Virus record (IMG/VR): IMGVR_UViG_3300037047_000121
Source of the DNA: a virus
Reading direction: 5' to 3' (one strand)
DNA length: 64,000 nucleotides
The notes under the pieces were generated by a model. The model had not been told where the DNA came from. It saw nothing but the letters and a program-made list of their open reading frames with translations, and ran no database searches. The position numbers were made by a program, and so were the translations under genes. Positions within the stretch are counted from its first letter, which is position 1; each line of letters opens with the position of its first letter. Below, one piece after another: positions 8,091 to 18,178 of the stretch.

Positions 8091-9539
8091 ATGACCATCA
8101 CAACCCATCCCCGTTTTTTGAGCCGACAGGCGGGTCGGCAGCAGACACCGGAGAGCAAAAGATATCAACAGGATCTGAAACTCCGTGCGGAATACATCAA
8201 AGGAACACAGCGTGCCTACAAACAGCTTTTAGACACACTAGAGCCCTATGCGGAGCAGGCTCGTGCTTTAGCCCCGGGCAAAAGCCAGGACGATCTGAAA
8301 AAACGTTCCCGTGAATTTGTGAAACTCGTCAAGGATCTCCCAGTAGTACGGGTGTTCCAGGACGAGTGGCTGGGTGGGGTTGAGACTACTCGGGCTCAAG
8401 CGGTACTCCAGGCCAGGAACTACCTACTTTTCCCCAGTAAGTTCCCGATGAAAAAAGCACTGGAGGCTATCGCCCGGGTCGCGGACAAAAACTTTGAGGC
8501 CACCGCCATGGCCGAAAGCCAAGCCCCGATCCGAGACCTTTTGCCTGAGGATCTGAGATCGTTCCTACCCAAGAACATCGTGGTGGAGATCGACCCTGAT
8601 GGCACGATCCATAAGATCACGGATCGGTTTGCCAACGAGCATGAGACACTAGCCGTCAAAATCCAGACGATGCATGACTTGGTGCGCCAGTACAATGACA
8701 TCGTGCAGCAAGTCAAAAAGGATCTGAAATCCGGTGACGAGCGCACTCGGATGGCTGCCCTTGTCACCGCGATCATCATGGAAACCGGCATCCGACCAGG
8801 ACAACCCGGCAACAAAATCAAAGTCAAAGACGGGGACACTGAGACAGAGGTTGAAACTTTCGGTGCTGTAACCCTGGGTCCCAGCCACGTTCATTTCGTG
8901 CGGGACAACTTCGCCCGCCTCGAATTCATGGGTAAGAAAGGCACTACGAACCTCGCGGTGCTGACAGATGCCCAAGTCATCCAGATGCTGAACCAATATG
9001 TTGAGCAGGCCCGGCAAGGTGGGTCGAAGTTCATCTTTGTCACAAAGGATGGTGAGACCCTAGACTACACTGGGCTGAAACGGTATTTCTCCCGCAACTT
9101 CCAGGACTTTTCCCCTACTGATTTCCGTAAGCTGAAAGCTACGGGCACGGTTTTGGCGAACCTCCGGGAACGGCAGCGGACATTGTACGAAAAAATCCGG
9201 GGTTTCGTAGACCAGCAAGTCGAGAACATCAAAGAGATGGTGACCCAGGAGGTCACTGAAACCGTCCGATGGGCTTACGAGCAAGCCCAGCAAGCTTTGT
9301 CCCATGAGGACGTAGACACGACGGTGGGGTCGTATGTTAACCCCGAGGTTGTGCTGCGGTTCCTAAGTCAGGGACGCATCGAGGATACCCTAGAGCAAGC
9401 TCTCCTGTTAGGGAAACCCAGGTTGAGTTTCGACCCCCAGGTTTTCGTGCAGCATGCTCTCCGCATGGCGGGCCAGAGAAGGCAAGGAGCAACCCTGGGG
9501 GACATCCTGCAAGAATTGGAAAAGGTCCTGGAAGTCTGA
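8091..9539 (+). CDS. type IB DNA topoisomerase-like protein
   Basis: AALVTAIIMETGIRPGQPGN matches the (R)xGxE region. FRKLKATGTV matches the RxYxAS motif. GSYVNPEVV matches the catalytic-Tyr motif Y[LV][DN]P[ER][IV]. Confidence 0.6.
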   Translation: MTITTHPRFLSRQAGRQQTPESKRYQQDLKLRAEYIKGTQRAYKQLLDTLEPYAEQARALAPGKSQDDLKKRSREFVKLVKDLPVVRVFQDEWLGGVETTRAQAVLQARNYLLFPSKFPMKKALEAIARVADKNFEATAMAESQAPIRDLLPEDLRSFLPKNIVVEIDPDGTIHKITDRFANEHETLAVKIQTMHDLVRQYNDIVQQVKKDLKSGDERTRMAALVTAIIMETGIRPGQPGNKIKVKDGDTETEVETFGAVTLGPSHVHFVRDNFARLEFMGKKGTTNLAVLTDAQVIQMLNQYVEQARQGGSKFIFVTKDGETLDYTGLKRYFSRNFQDFSPTDFRKLKATGTVLANLRERQRTLYEKIRGFVDQQVENIKEMVTQEVTETVRWAYEQAQQALSHEDVDTTVGSYVNPEVVLRFLSQGRIEDTLEQALLLGKPRLSFDPQVFVQHALRMAGQRRQGATLGDILQELEKVLEV

Positions 9540-9567
9540 GGGATCATTCCGGGGCTTCCCTGAGTAG
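9540..9567 (+). promoter_or_regulatory. GGGATCAT-N14-GAGTAG promoter-like motif
   Basis: Motif copy; downstream ATG 9589. Confidence 0.45.
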
Positions 9568-9588
9568 TCCTACTAAGGGAGGTGAACC

Positions 9589-9810
9589 ATGTACGTCTCG
9601 ATGCGCCGTAGCCTTCGCGAGGAACTCGAACTGGAGCAGCGCGAGATGCGGCTGGCGGAACAGGAAGAGGCCGAGGAACTCGCGCGCCTGGGCCGCGAGA
9701 TGGCCTCGTACCTCGACCCCTACCAGCTGGACGAGGAGCCCAAAGAGCCCGAGTCCGAGTACACGGGCGAGGAGGACTGGTGGTGGCGCCCGTCCGACGA
9801 TCTGGACTAA
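9589..9810 (+). CDS. hypothetical acidic protein
   Basis: ORF track; RBS AAGGGAGG. Confidence 0.5.
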   Translation: MYVSMRRSLREELELEQREMRLAEQEEAEELARLGREMASYLDPYQLDEEPKEPESEYTGEEDWWWRPSDDLD

Positions 9811-9851
9811 CCCCGTTCGGAGTAGATCTCAGGGTAGCAAGCGGAGGTGTC

Positions 9852-11304
9852 CATGTCGCTGATGAGTTTCCATGTCACGGGAGCTTTCCTGACCGAACAC
9901 TACCGCGAAATGGCGCTGGAAGATCACGACTCCGCCGTTCGGGGGCTGGCCGATTCCCTGGCTGGCATCCAGATCACGGATGTCTACGACGTGCTGGCGG
10001 GCAAAACCCGCCTGACCGGGGACTCCCGCGTCGGGGTCGATATCGAACCGGAAACCGACACGGCTCACGCCCAGGAGATGCACGAGCAGTTCGCAGGTCG
10101 ATGCCGCCTGCCCTTCACGGAACTCTGGCATCGTCCGGTGGCCGTCATCCCCATGGACTACAATTTCGCCCACAGGCGCTCCTTTTACTGTCATCACAGC
10201 GGCCGAATCCCGACAGGTGAGGCGACCGGCACCTGGGCACGGAGGCTGGTGCAGGATTTCATCCGCGCCGAGGGGCTCCTCGCTCCGAATGAGGTCACGA
10301 CGTTTCATGGCCCCATCAAGGACGAGGTGCTCCAGTTCCGTTGGTGGGGGGAGGCCGATCCCCGCCCCAACGACGTGAGCCTCATCGTCGTGTGGGAGCC
10401 ATGTTCCGCTCCCCCTCCGTGGATGAAACTCTCCTATCGCGTTCGGGACTACGAAGCGGCATGGGAGGACTTCCGGGACAACAGCGGGTACTACGAGGTG
10501 CGCAGGCTCGACCCCGTGGTGCGGGATCCTGTTTTCCTTGCTCCGGAACTGGAAAACGCTGGTGCCCGTGCCCGGGAGCGGGAAAAACAGGAAGAGAGGA
10601 AAGCGCAAGACCATACGAAGTGGGTCGAGCGTGAGGTCATCCGGATCAGGGAGGAGATTCAGCGGCGGATCGGGGACAATCCCGATGCATGGATGACGAT
10701 CATCTCGAAAAAGGGTCAGGAGTTCGTGGTCCCGAAGGATCCTTTTTACTGCTGGGCCATGTGGCGGGACAAGGACTTTTTCCCCATGATGCCCAAATGG
10801 GATCCCATCTCCCATCAGGGTGTCAAGATGGGAGATGACGACCCTTACCACACGGACTGGTATGTGGGGGCTGGACTCGACCCGCTCAAGGCATACCGGA
10901 CGTTTGGAGTCGATGACGAGGATCTCGACGACATGGAGGCCGCTTTCGACCGTGCCAAAGCTCGGGTGATCCAACAGTTTTCCAAGCTCCGCCCCAAGGG
11001 GGAGTTCAAAGCGATCCCGTACTTCTCGCAGGGGAATGCGAAGGGTGTGGCACTGCGCCCTCGCCCTGGTGATACCGTTCCGCAGGGAAGCATCATCGTG
11101 ATCCCTAACCTCAACACGGTCTGGTACCCCACAGCGGTCAATGCCTCGGTGGTACTGGCCGCCAATGGGGGCGAGATGGCCCATCTCGTGACGGAACTGC
11201 GCCCACTGGGTGTCTCTGTTTTCTACCTGCCCGATGCGCTCGAACGGATCCCTGAGGGAGTCATGGTCGAGGTGCATGAAAACGGGCTGGTCCTGTTGCT
11301 CTAA
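9852..11304 (+). CDS. hypothetical protein (484 aa)
   Basis: Track ORF 9847..11304; ATG 9852 after GGAGG; a partial promoter motif sits upstream. Confidence 0.6.
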
Positions 11305-11306
11305 TC

Positions 11307-11333
11307 GGGATCATTCTCAGCACCCTCAGAGTA
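11307..11333 (+). promoter_or_regulatory. GGGATCAT-N13-GAGTAG promoter-like motif
   Basis: Motif copy; downstream ATG 11355. Confidence 0.45.
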
Positions 11334-11354
11334 GTCCTCCTGAAAGGAGGACGC

Positions 11355-11984
11355 ATGTCCTACTACGATCAGTTCAAGGTCACGGTTCCCGAGGGGATCA
11401 GCGGCGACTGGAAGGTGGAGAAGTACGAGGTCTCCACCCAGGAGGCCAGTTTCGGGATGCTCCGCTCCATGGTGTCGGCCTGTGAGCGGGGGCGCTACGT
11501 TCCCGCGGGAACGTACAAGGGGCTGTGGCGGGGCAACACGATCGTGATGAGTGATACCCCGGACGAGATCCGGGATCACCTGCCTGCCATCCGCGCGGCC
11601 AACGGGCACTGCCTCGTGGGTGGGCTCGGGCTGGGCATGGTGGTCGCCGCAATGGCGCGCAAGCCCGATGTGACCAAGGTCACGGTGATCGAAAAGTCCC
11701 CCGACGTGATCGCTCTGGTCGGACCCCACCTGAAATCCCTGTTCGGGGACAAGGTGGAGATCATCGAGTCAGATCTCCTGACGTGGACGCCGCCGAAGGG
11801 ATCCAAGTACGGCGTCGCGTGGTTCGACATCTGGGACAACATGTGCGGAGACAACCTGCCGCAGATGGCGACCCTGAAGCGCAGGTACGCCCGCAGAACC
11901 TCGTGGAAAGGCTGCTGGGGCGAGTCCCAGACCAAGGCATACGTCCAGCGTTCCAGGAGGAACCGCAGCGGATGGGGGTGGTAA
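11355..11984 (+). CDS. Rossmann-fold protein, possible SAM-dependent methyltransferase
   Basis: HCLVGGLGLGMVVAAMA (GxGxG) followed by VTVIEKSPDV (acidic end of beta-2). Confidence 0.45.
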   Translation: MSYYDQFKVTVPEGISGDWKVEKYEVSTQEASFGMLRSMVSACERGRYVPAGTYKGLWRGNTIVMSDTPDEIRDHLPAIRAANGHCLVGGLGLGMVVAAMARKPDVTKVTVIEKSPDVIALVGPHLKSLFGDKVEIIESDLLTWTPPKGSKYGVAWFDIWDNMCGDNLPQMATLKRRYARRTSWKGCWGESQTKAYVQRSRRNRSGWGW

Positions 11985-11986
11985 GC

Positions 11987-12307
11987 ATGAGCGTGCTGAT
12001 GAGAGTCCGCGTGCGAGGAACGGATCTCTGGGTAGGGAAAAAGTCCCCCAGCTACGCCTTCCGAGATGGTGCAAGGCCGTCCCGTACAGAACCATCCTAC
12101 GACCCGAGTTACCTGGACGAGAACCCCGCGTTCTGGTGGGTGACCGAAAAGTACGCCAAGGTCTGGACGGACATGCGCGCCCTCAAAGCGTGCTCCACCA
12201 TGGGACGCAACGACCCCTGCTCCGGGTTCCCCGATCTGGAGGTCGTGTTCGGAGACGGAACGGTGAAGCCATTCGACGAAATCTGCCCACCCCAGGAGGA
12301 GAAGTGA
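11987..12307 (+). CDS. hypothetical protein
   Basis: ATG 11987 overlaps the upstream stop (TAAGCATG); in frame with track ORF 11783..12307. Confidence 0.4.
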   Translation: MSVLMRVRVRGTDLWVGKKSPSYAFRDGARPSRTEPSYDPSYLDENPAFWWVTEKYAKVWTDMRALKACSTMGRNDPCSGFPDLEVVFGDGTVKPFDEICPPQEEK

Positions 12308-12912
12308 TGGACAGCGTTCTGACCCCCGAAGACCGCGCTTTGATCCTGGCCGAGACCCCAGATTTCCTGCGCCCGGATCAGCAGAAACACTGGGTGCTGC
12401 AGAGCATGGACATCGCGGAGGTTTCCGTCCGAGCTTTCGTCTGTGCTCCGTACCCTGGGGGTACTCCTCCCGTCGTGGGATGGCTGCATCGGGGGCTCCA
12501 GTGCGTGAGCGCGGGGCACTGGAACAGCTACTCCGGGAGAAACCTCCTGACAAGCAGGACGAACCTGCTCGACGATTTCACAGAAACTCTCGAAAGAGAG
12601 ACCAAGGATCACAACCTCTGGTACCAGGAAGACCCGGTAGGATACCTTCGGGCGTACCCGAATGCCGTCATCGAGGACGGCGGGGTGTCGTCCCACCCGT
12701 GGGGTCAGGACGTCATCCGGCGCTGCTACCGATGGCTGTCCGCCACGGACTATCAGGTCTGGGCTATCGCCATGGCGTGCCAGCGTGAGGGGATCCTGTT
12801 CGTGAAGGACCACGTGCTGAGCCTGACGAGCGAGCCGGAGCCTCTCGGGGGGACAATTTCCGAGGCCGTCCGACGCGTGTTCTACAAAGCCATGGAACCC
12901 TGGATGAAGTGA
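12307..12912 (+). CDS. hypothetical protein
   Basis: ATG 12307 (TGATG overlap); in frame with track ORF 12136..12912. Confidence 0.5.
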   Translation: MDSVLTPEDRALILAETPDFLRPDQQKHWVLQSMDIAEVSVRAFVCAPYPGGTPPVVGWLHRGLQCVSAGHWNSYSGRNLLTSRTNLLDDFTETLERETKDHNLWYQEDPVGYLRAYPNAVIEDGGVSSHPWGQDVIRRCYRWLSATDYQVWAIAMACQREGILFVKDHVLSLTSEPEPLGGTISEAVRRVFYKAMEPWMK

Positions 12913-13322
12913 CATGGGTAAAGTACCTCCAGACCCAAACCTGGAGGCTGCGCGTGAAACACCGAAAAAATGCGACTGGTCAAGCCGTCGTCGTCTCGGA
13001 CAAACGACTCGTTGGCATGTGGGGGAATGGGGTCGCTGCCTACCGTGTTCGGCTAGAAGAGCACCCCGAGAACAAACCGCACATTCGTCGTTCTGCTTAC
13101 CTCATCTGCGAGGTTGACCATTTCGGATCCAATGCCGAGATCAAGCTGCCCGTTACCGAGGTGACGGCGGCGGTTTTGGCAGAACTGTTACTTCAGGTCA
13201 GCCAGTTCCTTCGGGGTCAAAAAGAGTACGTGTTTGACCACCCGGAACTGAACGACCTCACCCTCGGGGAACACGTTCAGATCAGCCATCCTCTCCTTGA
13301 CCCGCTAAAAAAGACCGACTAA
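12909..13322 (+). CDS. hypothetical protein
   Basis: ORF track; GTG start overlapping the upstream stop. Confidence 0.45.
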   Translation: MTWVKYLQTQTWRLRVKHRKNATGQAVVVSDKRLVGMWGNGVAAYRVRLEEHPENKPHIRRSAYLICEVDHFGSNAEIKLPVTEVTAAVLAELLLQVSQFLRGQKEYVFDHPELNDLTLGEHVQISHPLLDPLKKTD

Positions 13323-13385
13323 GGCTGAGACCATCCTTGTTAGGGTAGCTCCTAGTAGGAACCACACCTGTCCAGGGGGAGACCC

Positions 13386-13646
13386 ATGAACGACGAGCTA
13401 GCCGCCAACCATCTTTGCAAGCTCCTGCAAAGTAAAAGCGGGGCGGGTATTGCGTATCACAGAGCATTCAACCTAGCGGCGCATCTGTTGAAGTTTCGCT
13501 GGATCGACTCGGAAATCCCAGCGGATGCAATCTGGTGGCATCAGATTGATCCAACCACCCAGCAGGTACTGGAAAACCGGATCGGGCGGTTGGTTGGTGT
13601 GATCCACAAGTACCTGGAAAACCCCGGGAAATACGACGAGTACTGA
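13386..13646 (+). CDS. hypothetical protein
   Basis: ORF track; RBS CAGGGGGAGA. Confidence 0.5.
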   Translation: MNDELAANHLCKLLQSKSGAGIAYHRAFNLAAHLLKFRWIDSEIPADAIWWHQIDPTTQQVLENRIGRLVGVIHKYLENPGKYDEY

Positions 13647-13648
13647 AG

Positions 13649-14293
13649 ATGGGTTACAGTCTATCCACTCCGATGAAATCATCTCGGGTGCGGGATCGAA
13701 TGGCTGCGTTTCTGCATGAGCATACGAGACCGTTCCACCGGATCGTCATCGAGAGTCCCCTCTTCGAGCACCTACAAGAGGTGAGCCGTGTACACTACGC
13801 GCAGATCGATGAGGGAGACCTGCGGGACGACCCAACCCAGTTCATTCATGTCGGGAGTGAGATTGCCTACGGAGACGGACCCAGCAAGATCGGATTCAAC
13901 TACGGCACATCTGGATATTTCGGTCCGTACATGCATGGGGTCTGTGCCTGGATGGCTCTGAAAGGCGGACGGAGGAGACAGTTGAACTGTCTCGTGGCTG
14001 ACGCTGGGTACCTGAAAGCTGTCCCCTACTACACATTAGACCATGAACCGTTCCCGGTCCTCGTGCAGGAAGATCTGACTGATCTCCCGGGGGTGGTGGA
14101 GGAACATTTTCGGAAACACTGGCTCATTGATCCGTGGGGTCTTTGCCCGGATGAACTGATCGTCCCCCGGTGGCATCCGCACCACACCACGGAAAGGTTC
14201 ATGGGGGTTGAGATCTCCAGAACCCGACTCCTCAATCAAATCGCCCGAGCAGAGATCCAACGCCTGGAGTTGCTCTGGTCAGCACAAGGATGA
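13649..14293 (+). CDS. hypothetical protein
   Basis: ORF track. Confidence 0.5.
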   Translation: MGYSLSTPMKSSRVRDRMAAFLHEHTRPFHRIVIESPLFEHLQEVSRVHYAQIDEGDLRDDPTQFIHVGSEIAYGDGPSKIGFNYGTSGYFGPYMHGVCAWMALKGGRRRQLNCLVADAGYLKAVPYYTLDHEPFPVLVQEDLTDLPGVVEEHFRKHWLIDPWGLCPDELIVPRWHPHHTTERFMGVEISRTRLLNQIARAEIQRLELLWSAQG

Positions 14294-14299
14294 GAATGC

Positions 14300-14836
14300 A
14301 TGTGTGAACACGTGATCTGGGATGACCTTGATGAGGATCGGAAACAGGTCGTCTCGGCTTTGATTCAGACCATTCAGTCCGAGAGTTGGGCTCGTGCCCA
14401 GAAATCCCGACACTGGGATTTGGCGATCCACAGCGGCCGAATGCAGCGGATGACGTGGGTCTGTGACTCGGCTTTGGTGGAACTCGGACTCAAAGAACCT
14501 CACGACCATCTCTACTGTATCCCCAAACCGGATGACACGTTGGGTGTGGAGTCTATCCCCGTAACCCCGTGGGCTGAACAGCCGATCGAGCAGCGGGAGT
14601 TTCTCATCGCCGCGCTGCGTCAGTACTTTCAGGACTTCTGTGACACGATCAAGGCAAATCCGGATCTGACGGCCTATGCTACTCGGATGCATAGTGTTCT
14701 GGGTGCCCTCGATGCAGCCGCTCAGAAACTGGGTTTCACCATTCCAGGTTATCTGCGCGTGGCGATGGACATCCTGGAAAGTCATATCGCGGATTTTGAT
14801 CCCGCCAACACATGCTCGACAGGAGAAGAGGAATGA
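14300..14836 (+). CDS. hypothetical protein
   Basis: ORF track. Confidence 0.5.
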   Translation: MCEHVIWDDLDEDRKQVVSALIQTIQSESWARAQKSRHWDLAIHSGRMQRMTWVCDSALVELGLKEPHDHLYCIPKPDDTLGVESIPVTPWAEQPIEQREFLIAALRQYFQDFCDTIKANPDLTAYATRMHSVLGALDAAAQKLGFTIPGYLRVAMDILESHIADFDPANTCSTGEEE

Positions 14837-15255
14837 CCACATGGGAGGATGCACCAAAGGACATGCAGGAGTTCGTGATGAATGAACTCTATCAGCGTGT
14901 CCGGTTCTACAGTCGTGAGGCACGAGCCGCGAAGGACGACGGCCTCCTGCACCTTCAGGACCGGATGATGAAGGCTTTTCAGGCCACTCGGACGGCGATC
15001 TCCACCTTGGGATATCCACAGGTATACTGCTGGGAATTACCAGCCCAGGACTCCACGGAACTGCCCAAATGGAGTGATGTTAACGATTTGTCTCGTGACG
15101 TCCTCTATCATGACATGGAAAGCGTCTGGGACGAGCTACAGGGTCAGTCCGACAAAGCAGTCCGTAGGGGACGTAGTCTCACTGCTGTACGGTTGCGTGA
15201 CGTTTCCGAGGTCCTGAAAAATGCCATCAGGCATCTCCAAGCACACGAGGGCTAG
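14833..15255 (+). CDS. hypothetical protein
   Basis: ATG 14833 (GGAATGA overlap) within track ORF 14812..15255. Confidence 0.45.
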   Translation: MTTWEDAPKDMQEFVMNELYQRVRFYSREARAAKDDGLLHLQDRMMKAFQATRTAISTLGYPQVYCWELPAQDSTELPKWSDVNDLSRDVLYHDMESVWDELQGQSDKAVRRGRSLTAVRLRDVSEVLKNAIRHLQAHEG

Positions 15256-15256
15256 C

Positions 15257-16090
15257 ATGCAGATTTTGACTCTGGGACATGGGGGCGGCGTTCCTGTTCC
15301 CAATCTGGGGAACACCAACTTCGCCCTGATCATCGGTCGGCACCAACCGGGATTGACGACGGAGGAGATCCTCCAGCGGCACAAATTCTGGCTGCTCGAC
15401 TGTGGGCCGGAAACCATCCGCCTGCTGGCTGAAACGGACTCTTTCAAAAATCTGGTGGGGGTCATCATCACCCACGTCCACGCGGATCACTCGGGGGGTC
15501 TGGCCAGCCTCGTGTGGCGGATGCGTTTCGTGGAGAAACGCAAGTTCCATCTGATTTTCTGCTCTGACCTTGCTCCTCTGCTTGAGGCACAAACGATCGA
15601 GCTTCAGTACCTGAACCCGGCACAGGAAAAAGCCTGGGCTGATGAGCTTGTTGCGCATCACAACCTGTGGAACTTTACGATCCCACATTTCATCCCAAGG
15701 GCAGGGGCAGGACCTCTCGGGACATATCTTGCAGGGTTCAAAGACTGGGAGGTGCTCCTGCACCCCGCGAATCACAACTGCGGAGTGTTCCCGGCTTTCA
15801 GTGTGGAATTGATACGGGAAAACCCCAAAACACACATCCTGTTCACTGGGGACACGGCGTTTCCATCGGATGTCTGGCACCAGAGTCTCTATTTGACATA
15901 CCACGACGTTCAGACATATAATTTAGGGGACGGCTTCGAAGTACATTGTCCGTACCAGAAAATAGTCAAAACTATCCCTCGGGAGCATCGGTCAAAAGTA
16001 CTGCTGTGTCATACGGCGAAACCCAAAAATGCCGATGCCGACGGGTTCCGTTGGGCGCACAAAAACCACCTAGAGGTTATCTCAGACTGA
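15257..16090 (+). CDS. metallo-beta-lactamase-fold hydrolase
   Basis: ITHVHADHSGG (HxHxDH motif); ATG 15257 within track ORF 15221..16090. Confidence 0.75.
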   Translation: MQILTLGHGGGVPVPNLGNTNFALIIGRHQPGLTTEEILQRHKFWLLDCGPETIRLLAETDSFKNLVGVIITHVHADHSGGLASLVWRMRFVEKRKFHLIFCSDLAPLLEAQTIELQYLNPAQEKAWADELVAHHNLWNFTIPHFIPRAGAGPLGTYLAGFKDWEVLLHPANHNCGVFPAFSVELIRENPKTHILFTGDTAFPSDVWHQSLYLTYHDVQTYNLGDGFEVHCPYQKIVKTIPREHRSKVLLCHTAKPKNADADGFRWAHKNHLEVISD

Positions 16091-16100
16091 GGAGGTTCCT

Positions 16101-16424
16101 ATGACGGTAGAAGAATTCCAGGTAGAGGTACTCCAGTTTTTCCCGACACTTAAATGGCAGTTCCGGCAAGCAGGGGAGGATCTTTTTGCGGAATCGGAAT
16201 GGACAGTGGGGTTCTCCGTTCAGGGACGTGCAACAACCGTTTTCCGTCATGAGCAGGTTAAATGGGCTGTGACCGTTCTAACCCAGGAGTATGATCCTCG
16301 GGGCTCGGGGTATCTGGTGACGGGGACTCTTCACGGGGAGGGTACAACTTTGCGGTTGGCTTGGCTGGATTTTAACACTACCAAAACGAGGATGGACGGA
16401 TTCCTTCTCCCCCTTGGGGTCTGA
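16101..16424 (+). CDS. hypothetical protein
   Basis: ORF track; RBS GAGGAGG. Confidence 0.5.
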   Translation: MTVEEFQVEVLQFFPTLKWQFRQAGEDLFAESEWTVGFSVQGRATTVFRHEQVKWAVTVLTQEYDPRGSGYLVTGTLHGEGTTLRLAWLDFNTTKTRMDGFLLPLGV

Positions 16425-16427
16425 GAG

Positions 16428-16628
16428 ATGTCTGATCTCTGTCACCAGTGTGCCCTCTCTTTTCTTGGGAAAGACACTCAAGATCTGGCGGGGTTCACTT
16501 CACCAGAAGCATGGTCGGATGGAAAAGCCGCCATCGTAATCTGTGACGGTTGCGGGGCCATCCAGGTTGACCCAGATGGCAAGTGCGTCTCCAAAGACTG
16601 TCTCTATGAGCATGGGTTGGATGACTAG
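16428..16628 (+). CDS. small Cys-rich protein
   Basis: ORF track; CHQC...CDGC...C...C pattern. Confidence 0.4.
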   Translation: MSDLCHQCALSFLGKDTQDLAGFTSPEAWSDGKAAIVICDGCGAIQVDPDGKCVSKDCLYEHGLDD

Positions 16629-16869
16629 CAAACTATGGCCCGAGGGGCGAAGGTTTGATCCTCGGGAGGATCCTCCCGCAGGAATGATCACCTATTGCTG
16701 TACCCGATGTGGACATGAGTTTCATGCCTACCCTGAAGAAGCCATCCTCCCGTGTCAGAAATTCAAGATCCAGGCTCGGGAGACAGGGCCCGGTTGGGAC
16801 TACAAGTACTGCAAAGGACGACACATGCGGGCTGTGGTTAACCTAGATGAGCGTGAGCCTGACGGTTGA
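16621..16869 (+). CDS. small zinc-ribbon protein
   Basis: CCTRCGH...CQKF...C; part of track ORF 16543..16869. Confidence 0.4.
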   Translation: MTSKLWPEGRRFDPREDPPAGMITYCCTRCGHEFHAYPEEAILPCQKFKIQARETGPGWDYKYCKGRHMRAVVNLDEREPDG

Positions 16870-17421
16870 CTGACCCATGACGGGATCGTAAACCCCCCGG
16901 ATGTCACAACTTTTCTCGGGCCACCCACGAAGAAACATCCCCAGTAGACGGTCAGCTTCTTGTTGGGTTCTGTGTGTGGGGATCAGGATCACGATTGTGT
17001 TTGACTCGATGGCGATGGGGTAGAAACCAGACCGCCAGAGCCATTTCAGATACGGTTCCATGTCGGGGCGGGACGTGCTCAGTCCTTGGATCCCTTTCTC
17101 ATAGGGACGGAGGCTGTTCTCTGGGAGTCCGAAAGCAGAGTCCGGGACTGTGACTTCGGTTCCAAGTTTCGTGGCCCATGTCCCCCAATGAGGCTGTACC
17201 GCAACCGTTCGGGGCGCCCCCCGGGCACTCCACAAGTTGGTTAGCGTTTGCTGTTCCTCTGCCTGCTCCTCGGGGGTAAGACGAGCCCACAGGATCCGTT
17301 CTTGGGCGATGAGATGATGATCCTGTTCCAGGTTCCACGGCAATCCAGTAGGGAGTGACCGACCTACAAGCAACATTTTAGCTAGGTCACGGTGCCGTTC
17401 CAGGTCTGTGGTAGGGGTCAT
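16843..17421 (-). CDS. hypothetical protein (minus-strand island)
   Basis: ORF track; co-directional with 17424..17708. Confidence 0.5.
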   Translation of the reverse strand: MTPTTDLERHRDLAKMLLVGRSLPTGLPWNLEQDHHLIAQERILWARLTPEEQAEEQQTLTNLWSARGAPRTVAVQPHWGTWATKLGTEVTVPDSAFGLPENSLRPYEKGIQGLSTSRPDMEPYLKWLWRSGFYPIAIESNTIVILIPTHRTQQEADRLLGMFLRGWPEKSCDIRGVYDPVMGQSTVRLTLI

Positions 17422-17423
17422 AC

Positions 17424-17708
17424 TCAGTACTCAGTCGTTACCCGATTGGGATTGCTCACGAGGAAATCCACAAAATCTTTCCGTTCCCAGTCGTTGTTTT
17501 CCCGCAAATACCAGAATACGCGATAGGTGCCGGAAAAAGCCGTCCGGGGAACCAACAGATTGGTCTGCCAGAGGCCGTCTTTGTGGATGGGGGTACGGTA
17601 GGAGTCCCCAATGACCTCATCCGTTTCCCGGCGTACCAAAGCGTAACTGGGCTCTGGGCCGTCCGGGAATTTTAGATGGATCTTCTCGCCAGGGTAAAAA
17701 ATCTTCAT
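17424..17708 (-). CDS. hypothetical protein (minus-strand island)
   Basis: ORF track; GGAG RBS upstream (reverse complement CAGGAGCAGTAGCATG). Confidence 0.5.
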   Translation of the reverse strand: MKIFYPGEKIHLKFPDGPEPSYALVRRETDEVIGDSYRTPIHKDGLWQTNLLVPRTAFSGTYRVFWYLRENNDWERKDFVDFLVSNPNRVTTEY

Positions 17709-17726
17709 GCTACTGCTCCTGTTTCC

Positions 17727-17754
17727 GGGATCATCCCTCCGGATCTCAGAGTAG
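17727..17754 (+). promoter_or_regulatory. GGGATCAT-N14-GAGTAG promoter-like motif
   Basis: Motif copy; downstream ATG 17780. Confidence 0.45.
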
Positions 17755-17779
17755 GGTTTATAGGGAGGACACCGAAACC

Positions 17780-18178
17780 ATGCGGATCTGGACGGACCCC
17801 AAGAACAAGTACGGCGTGTACGCGATCTGGCTGTTGCACGATCATCCTGACTGCATCGTGCTCCACGGGTCGTTCCACCGCAAGGGGCTGGAGTTCTTCG
17901 CCACGGGTCCGCTGCCGGAACCCTACACCCAGTACGTGGATCAGGAGGGGGGGCGGACGGACGAGGGATGCACGTTCACGTTCGTTCGGGACGGAGAGGA
18001 GTCCTTCACGGATATCTACGTGAGCGTCCCCGGCACTCGGACGCGGAACTGGCACGCGGAAACCTGCGGCGACTCTTTCACGCTCACTGGGGTGGTTCAC
18101 AAGGACCCCGACCCGATCGTGTTCGAGGAGGGGTACAAGGAAGAGGACGTCAAGTACTTCGGGGAGGATCAGCCGTGA
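17780..18178 (+). CDS. hypothetical protein
   Basis: ORF track; RBS TAGGGAGGAC. Confidence 0.55.
   Translation: MRIWTDPKNKYGVYAIWLLHDHPDCIVLHGSFHRKGLEFFATGPLPEPYTQYVDQEGGRTDEGCTFTFVRDGEESFTDIYVSVPGTRTRNWHAETCGDSFTLTGVVHKDPDPIVFEEGYKEEDVKYFGEDQP

Noticed and set aside
9829-11277. 482-aa minus-strand ORF antisense to 9852..11304
   Set aside because: It exactly mirrors the plus-strand gene, which has an RBS and upstream promoter motif. The product is Arg/Pro/Gly/His-rich, as expected for a shadow ORF in GC-rich DNA.
13322-13385. A degenerate promoter-motif-like sequence GACCATCC...CTAGTAGG upstream of 13386
   Set aside because: Too divergent in both boxes to count as a motif copy without a statistical model.
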